From Chiloscyllium plagiosum (taxonomy: Eukaryota), in the NCBI RefSeq assembly GCF_004010195.1, contig NC_057756.1, forward strand, positions 7,158,250 through 7,191,207: 32,958 nt of DNA, given 5' to 3'. The position numbers and the translations under genes are program-made. Positions within the stretch are counted from its first letter, which is position 1; each line of letters starts with the position of its first letter. Of this stretch, positions 11,340-22,718 are shown one piece after another. The notes beneath the pieces were generated by a model that was given only the letters and a program-made list of their open reading frames with translations, made no database searches and was not told the origin of the DNA.

Positions 11340-12240
11340 ATTATTGTCATTCCTTTATGGCAAGTTCTCAGATTTTTTTAAAATTAAGCTCTCACCTGCC
11401 TTGTTTGTATAGTTCAGGGGGCTGCCGATAAGTACTACAAGTAATTATTTGCCTTTATCATTTCGCGTCAGTACCAACATCTATTTCCACAACTTGATTT
11501 CCTGAACGTAGTCCATTCCTCTCTATTGTGCAATGCTATCATTAGATAAGAAGGCCAAACCCCCAACCCTACTCTTCTTATTATTCCTGTCATTCTTAAA
11601 TGTCATGAGCGTTCTAAATTCACATCCTAATTCATAACATCATCGAGCTATATTTCCCCAAAAGCAACCAGATCATACTGAGTCATATATCCTTTTGCTC
11701 TCAGATCATCTGCTTTGTTTCAGACACAGTCTTCAGTCAGAAACAGACTTGATTCCTTTCTTATCTTTCTACATTCTAATCTTATCTGTTGGTCAACTCT
11801 TAGATTTATTTTGTTGCCATCACAGTCTGTTAATCATTTCCCATATTAACATGTTTGTCCTGGCCTGAACTCGGTCTTTGACTCAGTACATTGTCCTAAG
11901 TTTAATGACTCATCTCCTCCATTCTGCATCGGATCTTCTGTACTTTCTTAACTAGCAGGCAGCAAGAACACCAGTCCCAGCAAATCAGATGGAATCTTTC
12001 CCATTGGTATATATCCCACTTTCAGTATATCTGGTGACAGTCCCTGTGGAACTGGAACACATTTCTCTTCCATCAGTCTTGGATATGGAACGATGAAGTA
12101 TTCAAGTGTTCTGGAGCAGAGGGCGGCCATTGGGCCCATCATTTCTGCAACAGAACACCAATTGAGCAATGCGCCCTTGTGTAATCGGCTTGTCTTTTCC
12201 CATACATTTGCTGTTTCTAGTTGAATAATCATATAACTTC
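11340..12240 (-). mobile_element. Ancient CR1 fragment (ORF1 end and APE start), shared with 18290-19140
   Basis: Reverse complement retains traces of NKVDDL, YD..A..E, NQVVE and PPN APE motifs. It occupies the same intronic position in copies A and B. Confidence 0.7.
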
Positions 12241-12349
12241 AGTTTGAAGGCTTCAGTTTAACTTGCTGATTAGATGTTAGAGATGCACGAGATTACATTT
12301 GGGGAAAAAGCATGCATCCCCCAATAACACTTCATTGCCATCTGGAGAT

Positions 12350-12992
12350 TGTTATGAACCAGGCCAGACCCCCTCAAAACATTACACGAAGGCAGCCCAG
12401 ATCCTAACATTGCTAGTTTTTTGAAGCAATTCTCTGGCGGATGTTCTAGGAGAGAATCCGCTTGTCAAACCACCTCGTTTTAAACATAACAAAATTCATT
12501 TAAATGATTACTGAATGAAATACAAGCAGCAAAAACACAGAATACCGAATATCCTAACACATCTGAAAACCCAATAGATTACCCAAATTGATGATGGTGT
12601 TCCAAATGCTTGCAACAATCCCCATAAACACCCCTTGGCACAAAAAAAGTTAAATCAAATGTAGGTTCTTACATGATAGATGTCAGAGAGAGAGAGAGAG
12701 AGTACCAGCCTGCACCTGCTCCTTTGGGTGCAGCCGTTTTTCCACTACTACTTAAAACCAAACCAAACCAGAGACAAACTGAGCTGGGAGAACTGGTCAC
12801 TCCCATTTCATTGTACAAGTTTTTTAATTGAAAGCCATCTGACTGAGACAGTATCTGTTAGCTGTTACCAAATTACCCCTAAAACCCTTCAACTGCATCA
12901 GCTGACTTTTTGGAGTCTGTGCCATTTACGACCACTCTGAGAAAAAAAACACAAGGACCCTATAACCTCTTTAAAGGAGAAGTTTCATCACA
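12350..12992. mobile_element. Solo LTR-like element (TGTTAT...ATCACA)
   Basis: TG...CA termini; similar to 17601-18245 and 19672-20261 (ggccagacc..ctcaaaa.att start). Absent at the paralogous site near 19245. TSD not clean. Confidence 0.75.
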
Positions 12993-13262
12993 GAAAGGAT
13001 GTGATCTGACTGACAAGAAATTGCTGACCAATGGTTGATAGATTTTCAGGCAGCCAGCCTTACACTGCTCAAATCATTGAGGGTACAATGTTATAGTCAT
13101 TTCTTCAACACCATCTCCCACACTCTGCCTGAAGAATAAAGTGGAAGATGTGAATCCCCAATTTGGAAATGGTCACTTTTCCAGAGCAATTGAGCTAAAG
13201 AGAACAAATCTGAAGTTGTTCACTGATCAGGTGGGTGATTGAGCGGAAGTACGTATACCTAC

Positions 13263-13551
13263 ATTCGACATGGACATGAAGAGTTTCTTGATCGATCACC
13301 ACTCCAACAGCCCCTGTAAATTCCCACAGCAGGTTCCGTCAGTGATTGTCAGCTGATGGAGTGAAGGTGAACGTTGATAAAGCAATCCATGAATTGTCTA
13401 AATGTTTCCTGCTTTTATCTAAGTTTGAATAGGAATGAGATTCTGCCCCGTATCAAATTCAGCTCAAAATCACAACTGTGGGTGACTGAACAGATCAGGC
13501 CCACTGGTTTACCAACAAACAATTGTGCAGAGACAGCGATTTGAGGGTTCT
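13263..13551 (-). pseudogene. Siglec-like copy A second Ig (C2-set) exon
   Basis: Acceptor ttccactgatag and donor T|gtaggt (phase 1-1). NPQIAVSAQLFVGKPVGLICSVTHSC, a frameshift, then SWIALSTFTFTPSADNH*RNLLWEF..QETLHVHVE, matching the Siglec domain-2 pattern LTFTP..DHG..L.C. Has an internal stop and Cys to Trp. Confidence 0.85.
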
Positions 13552-13808
13552 CTATCAGTGGAAATGATAAATAGCATAACCAGAGATTACAATGCTTATA
13601 TTCAGGAGGGATGTGCAAACAATGACAAGTAAATGCATGACAACATTTTCTTCTTGATCTTTGCTCCAGTCTAAACTTCCTTGCAGTGTCAGATTTAATA
13701 AGAACGTGCTTGTACTCCATAACTAGTAGCTCACACTCCCCTTTGTTTCAGTCCTGATGGTTTATTTGTAATGTTGATCATTCAATTTTCTTGTTTTTGA
13801 TACAATTT

Positions 13809-13980
13809 ATAGAGTCATAGAGTCATAGAGATGTAGAGCATGGAAACAGACCTTTCAGTCCAACCCGTCCGTGCCGACCAGATATCCCAACCCAATCTTG
13901 TTCCACCTGCCAGGACCTGGCCCATATCCCTCCAAACCTTTCCTATTCATATACCCATCAAAATGCCTCTTAAATGTTCC
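13809..13980 (-). mobile_element. CR1 3' end
   Basis: atagagtc tail repeats and near reverse-complement identity to 7750-7910. Absent in copy B. Confidence 0.9.
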
Positions 13981-14371
13981 TGATGTATAAAGGGAGCTCC
14001 TCATAGACACAGTGTATTAATTACAGAGGAAAATGCAGACACTGTGAAAACCATGATCTCCTTTTGTCAATACAGTAATTACTCACACCACAGCATATGC
14101 CCTCTATCAGAATGCCTCACTCCAAAACACAGATCTCATTTCATACCCTTGAAAGGTTCATATTAACATTGAATAAAAAATTCTAATGACTGTTTTGAAG
14201 GTTGCAATGCCCTTTGCACACAGAACTAAAGCCAGAAGCAGTCCCTGGGTCTGCATTGAGGATGTTACCAATCATTCGGATCTTCACTAACCAGGAACTG
14301 ACTGGACAAATCATATAAGTTCAATAGCTACCAGCACATCTCAGAGACTGGGAATTGCGCAGCAAAGTAAC

Positions 14372-14927
14372 TGGGATACTCGGGAAGTGATTATTGGGCC
14401 CCTTACTGAGATATTTGTCCCATCAATAGCCACAGGTGAGGTTTCAGAAGACTTCACGTTAGCTCATGTGGTTCCCTTATTTCAGAAAGATGGTAAAGAA
14501 AAGTCAGGGATCTATAGACCAGCGACCCTGATGCCAGTGGTGGGCAAGTTGTTGCAGGGCCTTCTGAGGGACGGGATTTTCAGGTATTTGGAAAGGCAAG
14601 GACTCAGTAGAGAGAGTCAACTTTCCCGTTTGCTTGGAAATTCGTGTCTCATTAAATTGGTTGAGTTTTCTGAAGAAGTGACAAAGAGATTGATGAAGGC
14701 AGACTGGTGCAGCTTATCTATATGGACTTCAGCAAAGCGTTTGACATGGTTCTGCATGGCAAACTGTTTAGCAAAGTTGGATCACATACAATCCAGTAGA
14801 AGTGAACCAATTCGATACAAAATTGTATTGAAATTATGAGACAGAGCGTGGTGGTAGAGGATTATTTTTCAGAATGGAGGCACGTGACCAGAGGTGTGCC
14901 ACAATGATCTGTGCTGGAACACTGCTT
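14372..14927 (+). mobile_element. CR1 RT fragment, shared with 21436-21942
   Basis: VVPLFQKDGKEKSGIYRPATLMPVVGKLL...SCLIKLVEF...DFSKAFD. Confidence 0.9.
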
Positions 14928-15204
14928 CTGAACCTCTGACGTCTGTATAGGGAATGAAAGGTTTGGAAGATACTGGAGACACCAATCCCTGGTAACTACG
15001 CAACATTCAGATTTGGAAGGAGTTCGTCATTGAAGCTTTGGCGTTTGGTCAAAGTATTGATAATCCCTCCCGAACCTGATTGTACTCAAAGCTCCAGGAA
15101 CAGCCACGGTCCAGGAAGGCAGATCATTCCGTCTGTTCCGAGGGACATTATGTTTATTCCATTAATGTTGGTCCAGTCAGCAATGACTACATCACACGCG
15201 TAAA

Positions 15205-15420
15205 GTTTCACCCTGATGTATGACAACCTTCATTTATCTTTTTGGCGTGTTTTATTCATGATGTACATTGATTTAGCATCAGCTTCCACCTCAAATCTGT
15301 TCTCCCTTTATATTCAGAGTTCGTACTTTCTGGATCTGCAGAACTGTAGACAATGATTAAACAACGGGTTCCCAGTTTTGGAGCCCCCTTTAACCACAGA
15401 ATCATTGTATTTCTGCCATG
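15205..15420 (-). pseudogene. Siglec-like copy A V-set exon, internal fragment
   Basis: GRNTMILWLKGAPKLGTRCLIIVYSSADPESTNSEYKGR, a shift, TDL..NQCTS*IN, then YIRVKL. Homologous to 22390-22600. The 5' half is missing. Confidence 0.78.
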
Positions 15421-15990
15421 ATAAAATGAACTGTGTATTCTGTTGGGGTTCTGAGCTGTAGTCAGTCAGTTAAATCGGTTTATGTGCTATACACACAATC
15501 GCCCATGTCACTGTCTTTGGAACCGTAGGGTTCAATGATCAGCCCAAACTGAGTTGTCACGAACTGGAAAAAGTGTGATTTGAAAACAATATCACAAGTT
15601 TAACTTATTGGTAAATGCTTTGAAGTACTGCAGATTCTTGCAGACGGGAATGAAAGCAATTGAGCAACATTTACACTCTTCACATATCGAACTTGTACTA
15701 CTGTAAAATGGCTAATATATGTCAATGTTTAACGTTAAAAAATCACTGTTGTTATTTGTATGTGAAGAATGTCTGTCCTTGAGCTATTTTCAAGTTTGTG
15801 ACACAGAAGATGTCTGTGACTCATTTCTCAAAACAGTAACTCAATGAGTCAACTCCAAGTATAGAATGAGGTGTGCAGTCCCTGATGCGTAACCTCCACC
15901 AAACAACGGCATCACTCATTGGACCTTTCACAGTGTTGGTCAGAACCAGAATCTAAAATGATTTGGACTAACTTCTGTGTTCTCATTTAC

Positions 15991-16111
15991 CTCTGTATTC
16001 AATGGGTGTTGTGTCACATGAGTTGTGGGTTTTGCAACAACTGTGTCTCTTAATGTTAATAACAAAATTGTTAAGAATTTTCGGATGAGATGGTTCAAAA
16101 AAGTGATTTTA
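15991..16111 (-). pseudogene. Siglec-like copy B putative first cytoplasmic exon
   Basis: Acceptor tgtgcacag and donor GAG|gtaaat; 121 nt, phase 2 to 0, fitting between the TM exon and the tail exon. The paralog at 30649 has GAG|gtaagt. Confidence 0.5.
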
Positions 16112-16700
16112 CTGTGCACAATAATCAATTGTAGCGAGTTTTTCGAGGGTTGGCATTCTGTGTGGACAGCTGGCTTTGTGAGACCAGGAAGACAAAATTT
16201 GAATCACAATTATTCTCATTTGTTGCTACGGCTGAAAGAAATGATAGATCAGCAATCGGCCAGTGCTAAGCCGACAGGGGTGTAAGCATCTTCAATCGCC
16301 TGTTGTCAGCAGGTAGAAATATGATCTCTTGTCGCCCAGTCGCTCTGTTCCTACATATGGACTTGAGGATTCGAAGCTTAAGTATAATCTTTACTTAGAG
16401 TTTAGGACAATGTGCTTGAACATGTTGATTTAACTTGTAACCTATACATCCACAAGTTTTGCCAGCCCATCTTTATGTGTCTTCTGTGACTCATGTGGTA
16501 GTGCCCTATCTTCGAGGCAGAAGGCTGGGGACTCCAGTCGCTTTTGGTCAAGAGATGTGTAACAATAGGGTGTTTAGAAATATTGAGAAACAATCTTTCC
16601 TCCACTAAGTTGCTTGCGCCCTGTTAGTCATTTAATGCTTTCAGTCTTAAAGGGCAGCCTATGAAAAGTCAGTTTAAACATATTAACTATAAACTCGTAC

Positions 16701-16821
16701 CTCTGCAATTTCACTGCAATCAGAATCAGACTGATAATGGCCAAAGCTGTTCCTACGAGTCTGACAATTATCCAGGTACAGCATTATCCAGGTACAGCAT
16801 TATCCAGGGTAGAAGGGTTAT
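16701..16821 (-). pseudogene. Siglec-like copy B transmembrane exon, frameshifted by a 16-bp tandem expansion
   Basis: WIIVRLVGTALAIISLILIAVKLQ then AG|gtacga (phase 2). (attatccaggtacagc)x2 plus attatccagg at 16767-16808. Acceptor reads caa. Confidence 0.75.
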
Positions 16822-16849
16822 TTGCAATGATAGACCGAGTTGTTTTCGT

Positions 16850-17405
16850 AATAGAGTAAGCTGTCTGCAGCAATTACATTTCAGGACATGTCTGAAATGC
16901 AGCAAGACCTATACATCCAGGCTTGGACTGATAAGTAGTAGGAAATAATCAAGCTGCACAAATGACAGGCAATGACCATCTCCAATAACGATTGCCTTCT
17001 AAGAAATCGATTGTATCACTATAATTATTTTGCCACTGTCAACATTCTGGGGTTTAGCATTGGACCGAAATTCAATTATGCTTGTAATATAAATGCAGAG
17101 GTGACAAGGACAGTCAAGAGCCTGGGAATATTCAGGAAATAACATCTTTTGAATCACCAAAGCCAGTCCACCATCTACAACACACAAGTCAGGAGTTTGG
17201 TGGAACAGTCCCCACTTGCCTGGATGAGTACTGTTCCAAATGCGCTCAACCTCCCACTTGATTGGCATTGCAGCCATAAACATCCACTCCCTCCACCATC
17301 CATGTTCAGGAAAAGCAGTGTGTACCTTCTACAAGATACACTGTGGAAATTCAACAAGGCTCTTTAGACAGCACATTCCAAAGCAACTTCCATCATGAAG
17401 AACGC
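16850..17405 (+). mobile_element. L2/CR1-group LINE RT C-terminal fragment
   Basis: SQSTIYNTQVRSLVEQSPLAWMS resembles the non-LTR thumb motif IYKAQVRS.MEY.PLAW. Confidence 0.75.
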
Positions 17406-17600
17406 AGAGTTAAGAAAATTTTCACTGACAGCAGTTTAAATACCAAGAGATAATAAACCTTCACCATCAAGTGGGCGCTGTTGTTAAGCAAAAATTAAGA
17501 ATTATACCATATTGTGTCTGCTATAACTTGTTCTCTCATTTGTTCTGGAACATGATCCGAAAAACATTATATGAATGTCTCATTTCGGATATCTTTTCCC

Positions 17601-18245
17601 TGTTATGGGCTAGGCCAGACCACTCAAAATATTCATAAGCAGGCAGCCCCAGATCATAACTTCACAATTTGTTTCGGTAACTGTGCAGTGAAAGTTACCC
17701 GGAGTAAGATAGTTCGGTTGACTACGAGATTTTAAAACAGACAAAAATCTATTCATAATGTTACACAATGAAACACAAAGAACAGAATAAAAGAACTCCT
17801 ACAAAACTAAATCCATCCAACTAGACTTAATCATGCTGTTCTGAATAAACATAGTCTCAAAAAGCAAATACCCTTTAAAAAACCATTCAAATGGAACAGG
17901 TTGAAGTTGAAGGGCAGAAAGAGAGAGAGAAAGAGTTTCCACACAGCTCCCTGTTGAGCTTCTTACCAGGTCAGACTGAATTAAAAACTGCTCAGCTCAA
18001 TTCGAGAGCTAACAAATCCGCTTTCATTAAACAATTCACTTCTAAACCAGACCACTTTGGCCTAAAGTCTCCTCTGTTTACATATAAACAAAAGGCCTCT
18101 TAAAACCATTTTCTTCTCTGTACCAAAGCAGACCAATTGGAGCGTGGTCCGGTTTATTGCCCCTCTGAAAACAAATCAAGTACAGAGTCTCCTTGAGCCA
18201 AGGAACAGCTTTTAGAGAGAGAAAAAAAGGACTACCTTTGTGACA
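17601..18245. mobile_element. Solo LTR with 4-bp TSD
   Basis: TCCC|TGTTAT...GTGACA|TCCC. The paralogous site near 11300 has a single ttccc. Confidence 0.88.
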
Positions 18246-18289
18246 TCCCATCTAATATTAGCACTCTATATATGAAAACCTGCATGATT

Positions 18290-19140
18290 ATGATCACAGC
18301 TTTCTGGCAAGGTTTCAGATTTCTTTAGTTATGCCATATCCTACCATCTCCTTACAGTTTGGGGGCTGCAGATGAATACCTCAAATAATTTTGTGCCTTT
18401 ATCGTTTCTCATACGTATCAAAATATATTTCCACAACTTGATTTCGTGAACTTAGGCCATCCCTCTCTGTTGTGCTAATGCCATCATTAGATAACTCACT
18501 TACCACATTCTTTTTTCTCTTCTTGTCATTCCAAAGTGTCCAGAAACCTTCAAGATTAATGTCTTAATTCCTGTAATCATGAAGTTATGTCTCTCTAAAG
18601 GCTGCCAGATCATACTAATTCATTTATTCTTGTGCTATCAGATCATCTACTTTGTTTCTGATACAGAGTTCAATCAGATACAGAGCCTTCTGATCCATCC
18701 TTTAGTTGTCTTTATAAATTAAGCCTTCTCTGTTGGTTGATGCTTAGATTTATTTTCTTCCTGTCGCAGTCTGTTTTTCATTTCCGACATTAACATGTTT
18801 GTCTTCAGTTTAAACTCACTCTTGATTGAATGTATTGTCCCAAGTTTGATATCTTCTCTCACCTATTGTGGTTTTAAACTTCTGTACTTTCCTCACTAGC
18901 AGGCAGCAAGAACACTAGCCGCAGCAAGTTCGGGTGAAATTGGTAGACATTTCCACTTTCAGGATTTCTGGTGATAGTGCTCTCGGAACTGGAACCCCTT
19001 CTAACCCCCAGTCTTTATTAAAGGACCAGAAGATGGCTATTGGTCCATCATTTCTGCAACAGGTCACCAAATGAAAAATACAACCTTGTACAATATCTTT
19101 TTCCCATACCTTTGAATGTTGATTCTAATGAAATAACCAT
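18290..19140 (-). mobile_element. Ancient CR1 fragment (ORF1 end and APE start)
   Basis: Reverse complement aaggctctgtatctga..atcagaaacaaagtagatgatctgatagcacaa (KALYL..IRNKVDDLIAQ)..tatgatctg..agagaca. Paralogous to 11340-12240. Confidence 0.78.
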
Positions 19141-19513
19141 CTAGAGTCAGCATGAAGGCTTCAGTTTAACTTATTCATCAGATGTGAGATTATAGTTGGG
19201 GAAAACTATATGGATTGACCAATATCATTTCCGTGCCCAATTGGAATATATCTATCTAATTGACAAGAAATTGCGGACCAATGATTGATAGGCTTACAGA
19301 GTGACGGCTGTTTACTGCTCGTCGTCAGGACAGGTCAACGTGTTATTGTCATTTGTCCAACACCATCTTTCATACCTGTCTGAACTTTACAATGGAAGGT
19401 GTCAATCTTAGTTTGGAAATGTTCACCTTTCGAGGTGAGCTGAACTAAAGAGACAAAATCTGAAACTCTTTACTTTTTGGATGGTTGAATAAAAAGGAAA
19501 TGCAGCCACATGC

Positions 19514-20409
19514 AATTCACATCCAATCTGAGCTTCTTGAGTGATCCACTAGCGACTGTAAGTTCACAGAGCAGGGACAACCCGTAATGGTCGGCAGGTG
19601 TAGTGAGGAGCTATTTTATATAACAGTTCAGGAATTCTTGAAATTGTTCCTGAGTTGTACTGAAATCTCAGTGTTATGGAAGAAGCCAGACCCCCTCAAA
19701 ACATTCCAAATGTCTGCCTAGGCCCTAACTTTTCTAGTTGTTTTAAACAGGTGTATGGTGCATATTCCAGGATGCAGCTGGCCCAACAACTCATTTTGTA
19801 GCAAAACAGCAGTTATTCACAGATTACCGAATGAAACACGAACAAAAGAGAATCGAATCTCAAATAAATTAACCTATCTGAAAACCCAGTCGACTCTATT
19901 GCAACTTAATTATGCTGTTCCAAATACTTGCGATATCCCCATAAACCACCCCGCTGCAAACAGCTAAATACATACACTAATCCTTACAGGAGAGAGATAT
20001 GAATCTAGGAACCTTTTTTTTTATCTTGAGTCGCTTTCCTTGGCCGGCAGCACCAGACTACTCGCGAAAACCAAACCAGAAAAAAAACCCCTGAACTGAG
20101 TGAACTGACCACTTCCCTTGCATTGTCCAAGTGTTTAAAGAAAACCTAAAAACCTTTTCAAGTAGATATTTCCGGACATATTGAAACCTCTGCTTTTAGG
20201 ACCCCTCTCGAAAAGAAAACCAAGTGCAAAATAACCTTATTAAAGGAGAAGCATCGTCACAGCAAATCCTGATTGAATAGATATTAGCCTCACCCCTGGT
20301 ATCCATTTCAGTTCAAAACCACAATTTGAATAACTGTGGGTGACTGAACAGTTCAGGTTCACTGGTTTTCCATCAATAAATACACCAGAGACTGCAATTT
20401 GTGGTTTCT
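19514..20409 (-). pseudogene. Siglec-like copy B second Ig (C2-set) exon, split by a solo LTR (20262-20409 and 19514-19671)
   Basis: Acceptor ttccactgacag, then KPQIAVSGVFIDGKPVNLNCSVTHSYSNCGFELKWIPG. After the LTR: TTPADHYGLSLLCELTVASGSLKKLRLDVN with a gc donor. Confidence 0.82.
19672..20261. mobile_element. Solo LTR-like element (TGTTAT...GTCACA) inserted in an Ig exon
   Basis: Same family as 12350-12992 (gccagaccccctcaaaacatt and ttaaaggagaag). Confidence 0.8.
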
Positions 20410-20449
20410 CTGTCAGTGGAAAGCCAAAACAGTATAAAGGAAGATTTTA

Positions 20450-20626
20450 TTTCTGGTTTGGTTTGGTTTTCGCGATTGGTCTGTTTGGTGCTGCCGGCCA
20501 AGGAAAGCGGCTCAAGATTAAAAAAAAGTTCCTAGATTCATATCTCTCTCCTGTAAGGATTAGTGTATGTAGTTAGCTGTTTGCAGCGGGGTGGTTTATG
20601 GGGATATTGCAAGTATTTGAGACAGA
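20450..20626 (-). repeat. Local inverted duplication of ~19915-20082
   Basis: Near-exact reverse complement, e.g. ccccataaaccaccccgctgcaaacagctaa and tacatacactaatccttacaggagagagatatgaatctaggaac. Confidence 0.92.
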
Positions 20627-21025
20627 TTGTAACCGATAAAGATTAAACGCATGATGGCATTTTATTATTGATCTCCACTACTGTCTAAGGTTCCTCAGAG
20701 TGACAGATTTAATAAGAATTTACTTATACTCCATTAACAGTCGCATTCCCCTCCCTTTTTTGGTCCTGATGTTTTATTTGCAATTATAATCATTCAATAT
20801 TCTTGTTTAGGAGATAGAATTTGTTCTATACACAGAGTTCCTCAATGATAACGTGTGTTAATTAGCAGGGAAAACATACACAGTATGAAGTCAATTATCT
20901 TCTTTTGACAATAGTTAATTACACACCAGCATGTTTCCACTCTCCAGAATGTCTCACTTCATGAACTAGATCCCATTTCTTAGCCTTGCAATCACCATAT
21001 AAACATTGAGCTAAGTTTTCCAAAG

Positions 21026-21241
21026 TTGAAAGTGTAGAACTGGGAAGGCACAGCAGATCAGGCAGCACAGCATCGGAGGAGCAGGAGAATCGATGTTTAG
21101 GGTATAAGCCCCTCATCAGGAAAGATTTATGCACGAAACGTCGATTCCCCTGCTCCTCGGATGCTGCCTGACCTGCTAAGCTTTTCCAGGGCTGCACTCT
21201 CGACTCTGAGCTCCAGCATCTGCTGTCCTCACTTTCTCCTT
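21026..21241. mobile_element. Miniature Penelope family A insertion: two inverted pLTR pieces with hammerhead remnants, 12-bp TSD
   Basis: AGTTTTCCAAAG at 21014-21025 and 21242-21253. Arms ~21031-21107 and ~21127-21198 are imperfect inverted repeats similar to 1665-1745. Confidence 0.88.
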
Positions 21242-21435
21242 AGTTTTCCAAAGGCTAGTTTGAAAGTTGCAATGCCCTTTCCACATTGAAATAAGGTCAG
21301 AGCAATATCTAAGCCTGCACTAAGCTTGTTACAAATGAAATGGACCTCCCTTGACCAAGAGTTGATGGGACAAGCCATAGAAATACAAGAGCTACTAACA
21401 CACGTCAAAGACTCGGAATTGTGCAGCAAACAGGC

Positions 21436-21942
21436 GGGAAGCTAAGGAAGTGATTGATAGATCCCTTACTGAGATATTTGTATCAATGATAGTCAGAAGT
21501 GAAGTGGGAGAAGAAGACTGTGTGTTGGCTAATAGGGTGCTATTATTTCAGAAAGGTGGGTAAGGAAAAGCCAGGGAACTTTAGACCGGTGAGATTGATA
21601 TCATTGGTGGGCACGTTGTTGGAAGGGATTCTAAGTGGCAGGATTTGCAGATATTTGGAAAGGCAAGGATGAGAGAGAGTCAATATGGCTTTGTGTATGG
21701 GAAATCGTGTCTCCGTAACTTGATTGAGTTTTTTGAAGAAGTGACAAAGAAATTGACGAAGGCAGATCAGTACACATTGTGAATATGCAACTCAGCAAAG
21801 CATTTGACAAGGTTGTCCATTGTAGACTGGTTAGCAAGTTTAGATCCCGTGAAAGCAAGGGAAAGCTAACCAATTTGTTACAAAAATTGGCTTGAAGGTA
21901 GGAGACAGGCTGGTGACGGAGGGTTGTTTTCAGAATGGAGGT
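21436..21942 (+). mobile_element. CR1 RT fragment, paralog of 14372-14927
   Basis: gggaactttagaccggtgag (NFRPV), gggaaatcgtgtctc..aacttgattgagttttttgaag, agcaaagcatttgacaaggt. Confidence 0.9.
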
Positions 21943-22320
21943 GTTCAACTACCAGGGCGCTGGAAGAATCATTGCTGATACATTACTTCCCAACCCATGA
22001 CTTCCGGTATCGTGAGGGACAAGAGTGGCAGGAACTTGGGGACACCACACCCAGAAAGAACCACTGGAAGCCACGCAATATTCAGAATTGGAAGGAGTTC
22101 AGCACTGAAGTAAATGCACTGTGCCAAAATACTGAGGAAATCCCTCCCTAACCTCACTGTGGGTACTCTAATCTCCTGGAACTGCCATGTTTGAGGAGCG
22201 AAGGTCGATCCCTCTAATGAAACTATGAATATTCAACAAATGTTGGTTCAGACATCACTGACCACATCACATGCATGAATTTAAAAAAAAAGACAGTCCT
22301 GAAATGAATGAAACTCCAAG

Positions 22321-22718
22321 CCACAATATAGTCGGAGACAGGAATATTGTTAGTGTAGACATCCGATACATTCATGGTATTCATAATCTTCACCCTGATG
22401 TAATAGTCTCCTTCATCTCTCTTCCTGATGTGTTATATTAACAATGAAGACTGTTGCATTGTCAGGTTCTCCCTCAATTCTGTTCTAACTTTAAACTTAG
22501 GTTTCATACTGTCTGGATCTCTGGGATTATAGGTACTGCTAACACCTCGAGTGCCCTGTTCAGGACCTCCCTTTAACAGAGAACCTCCAGATTTCTGCCA
22601 CTGGCCAGGTAACAAAATGCACATGGGATCTCCGCACTTGATCCGATCTCCGCACATGACCCAATCACTGCTAAAACGTTCCGGTGAACTTTCAGAGATC
22701 GTCAGGAACTCTCGACAG
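22321..22718 (-). pseudogene. Siglec-like copy B N-terminal V-set exon
   Basis: Branch ctaac plus acceptor ttttcttattcag, then VESS*RSLKVHRNVLAVIGSCAEI[GSSAEI]PCAFCY..., a shift, LKGG..YNPRDP..KFKVRTELRENL..QQSSLLI*HIRKRDEGDYYIRV. This fits the Siglec V-set pattern G.C..IPC.F.Y / D.G.Y.FR. Stops, a frameshift and an 18-bp duplication. 3' boundary approximate. Confidence 0.85.

Noticed and set aside
11948..12232. 94-aa ORF in a region conserved between copies, a candidate extra exon
   Set aside because: Falls in an ancient CR1 fragment; no Ig motifs or splice signals, and not open in the paralog.
9317..22718. Calling the Ig gene MAG, CD22 or CD33, or treating it as one intact gene
   Set aside because: Exons belong to separate duplicated copies, carry stops and frameshifts, and orthology cannot be judged by eye.
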